This document shows, piece after piece, positions 62,879-64,000 of a stretch of 64,000 nucleotides of DNA (its first letter is position 1; each line of letters starts with the position of its first letter). Below the pieces are notes generated by a model. The model made no database searches. It worked only from the letters and a program-made list of their open reading frames with translations, and was not told the origin of the DNA. The position numbers and the translations under genes were made by a program. Source of the stretch: Phyllobates terribilis (Eukaryota); NCBI RefSeq assembly GCF_046119375.1, contig NW_027362761.1, positions 548,328,001 to 548,392,000 of the forward strand, in the 5' to 3' direction.

Positions 62879-64000
62879 TAGTGTTGAGCCACCCCCGTAG
62901 TGTTCGAGTTCGGTTCGGTTCGTCGAACACCCGTGTGTTCGCCGAACTGTTCGTCGAACTGTTCGTCGAACACCTTCGAACACCGTTAAAACCAATGGCA
63001 GGCAAACAAAAACACATAGAAACACATAGAAAACACCTTCAAAGGTGTCCAAAAGCTGACAAACTGCTCAGAAGACACAACTAACACATGGAAAAGTGAC
63101 AAGTACATAAAGACATGCGAAAATAAAAGAGGTGGAGGAGTAAAAGGAGGGGGAGACACAGATATAGGCATGTCATGCCCTTCTAAAATCCAAAAAGTGA
63201 GAAGCCGACACGGCCAGTCCGCTCCTGCCCGTGCCACCTCCGTGTCGCCGGGTTTGTGCCAGAGCCGCGGTGAACCCTGATGGCCAGCCCCCCTCTCCCA
63301 ATACTGGTGCCTGTCCGCTGGTGGGTCGAGCGAGCCCCCCTGTGGTGGAGGCAGCTCTAAGCTTTTTAATTTAAATTGTCTCTCTAATTTGAATGAATAC
63401 ACTTTAAATCCATTTACAAGGATCTATTGGAGGGCAAGTCTCATGCCAGCAGCCGCGTAATTCCAGCTCCAGTAGCGTCCACTAAAGCTGCTGCAGTTAA
63501 AAAGCTTTTATAAGGATCGAGCTCGGCTGTCCACCGCAAGGCATCCTACTGCCAGTCCCAGCCCCTATGCCTTGGGGTGCCTCCTGATGCTCTTCACTGA
63601 GTATCCCATGGTCCCGAAGCATTTCCTTTGAAAAAATTAAGTGTCTAAACTACAGGTGGTGTAGCTTGCTTAACAGCCGGGATAATCCGCTGACTAGCAG
63701 ACACTGCTACTAGGCACAAAGTATTTCCTGGGCTAGATGCAGTTAAAAATTTGTAATTAGATACTCTCGTTGGATGCTGAGAAAGCATTCCATAGAGTCT
63801 CCTGGCACGCCATATATGATTCTCTTAAAAAGCTTGGGGTAGGGGTCTAGGGGACCCTTTTATAGCCAAAATCACGGCTCTGTATCGCAATACGTCACCT
63901 AGGCTGAAGATAAATGGAACTGTAGCACCCTGAGGGCTCGGTTGCTACAGACGTATTGCACCTCACCCAGAGGTGTGATATCTCACTCTCAGGTAAGGAT
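62879..64000 (-). mobile_element. hAT family B composite element, copy 3 (right end; continues beyond window)
   Basis: Near-identical to 47046-48165, including 18S fragment (63385-63649), L1 piece and LTR start (63921). Left flank GTAAGGAC is the predicted TSD. Confidence 0.95.

Noticed and set aside
61382-63052. 556-aa ORF as a hAT-Penelope fusion protein
   Set aside because: The listed start inside the hAT end is TTG with an in-frame TGA just upstream, and there is no ATG before the RT core. The join is a chance in-frame insertion.

Overview
Vertebrate, almost certainly anuran (frog), genomic DNA made nearly entirely of nested transposable elements. I recognised no host protein-coding exon. 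The window is dominated by two families of large Ac-type hAT DNA transposons (BED finger, DDE and hAT dimerisation domain). Family A: a truncated copy ending at 9617 and a full-length copy at 23484-45640 (TSD ATCCTTAT) that splits a Penelope-like retroelement. Family B: a 5.5-kb non-autonomous, multi-level palindromic copy at 3466-8955 (TSD ATTGGAAT), two near-identical 10.5-11.5-kb copies at 32084-42631 (+, TSD ACTGTGAC) and 47046-58583 (-, TSD CTAAAGAG), and a third starting at 62879 inside a second Penelope ORF. The long B copies carry the same cargo: a Tc1 remnant, an L1 RT fragment with a nested solo LTR, and about 265 bp of 18S rRNA, all antisense to the transposase. Transposase lesions differ between the two complete copies, so an intact ORF of about 1,230 aa can be rebuilt. 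Also present: a 332-nt-period tandem unit with two minimal hammerhead ribozymes (retrozyme/satellite-2-like), a Harbinger element holding a deleted chromoviral LTR element and a tRNA-SINE, Kolobok/T2-type repeats, a Rex/Babar LINE end, a second Tc1 remnant and several satellites. Family names come from motif recognition, not database searches; identities are by-eye estimates.
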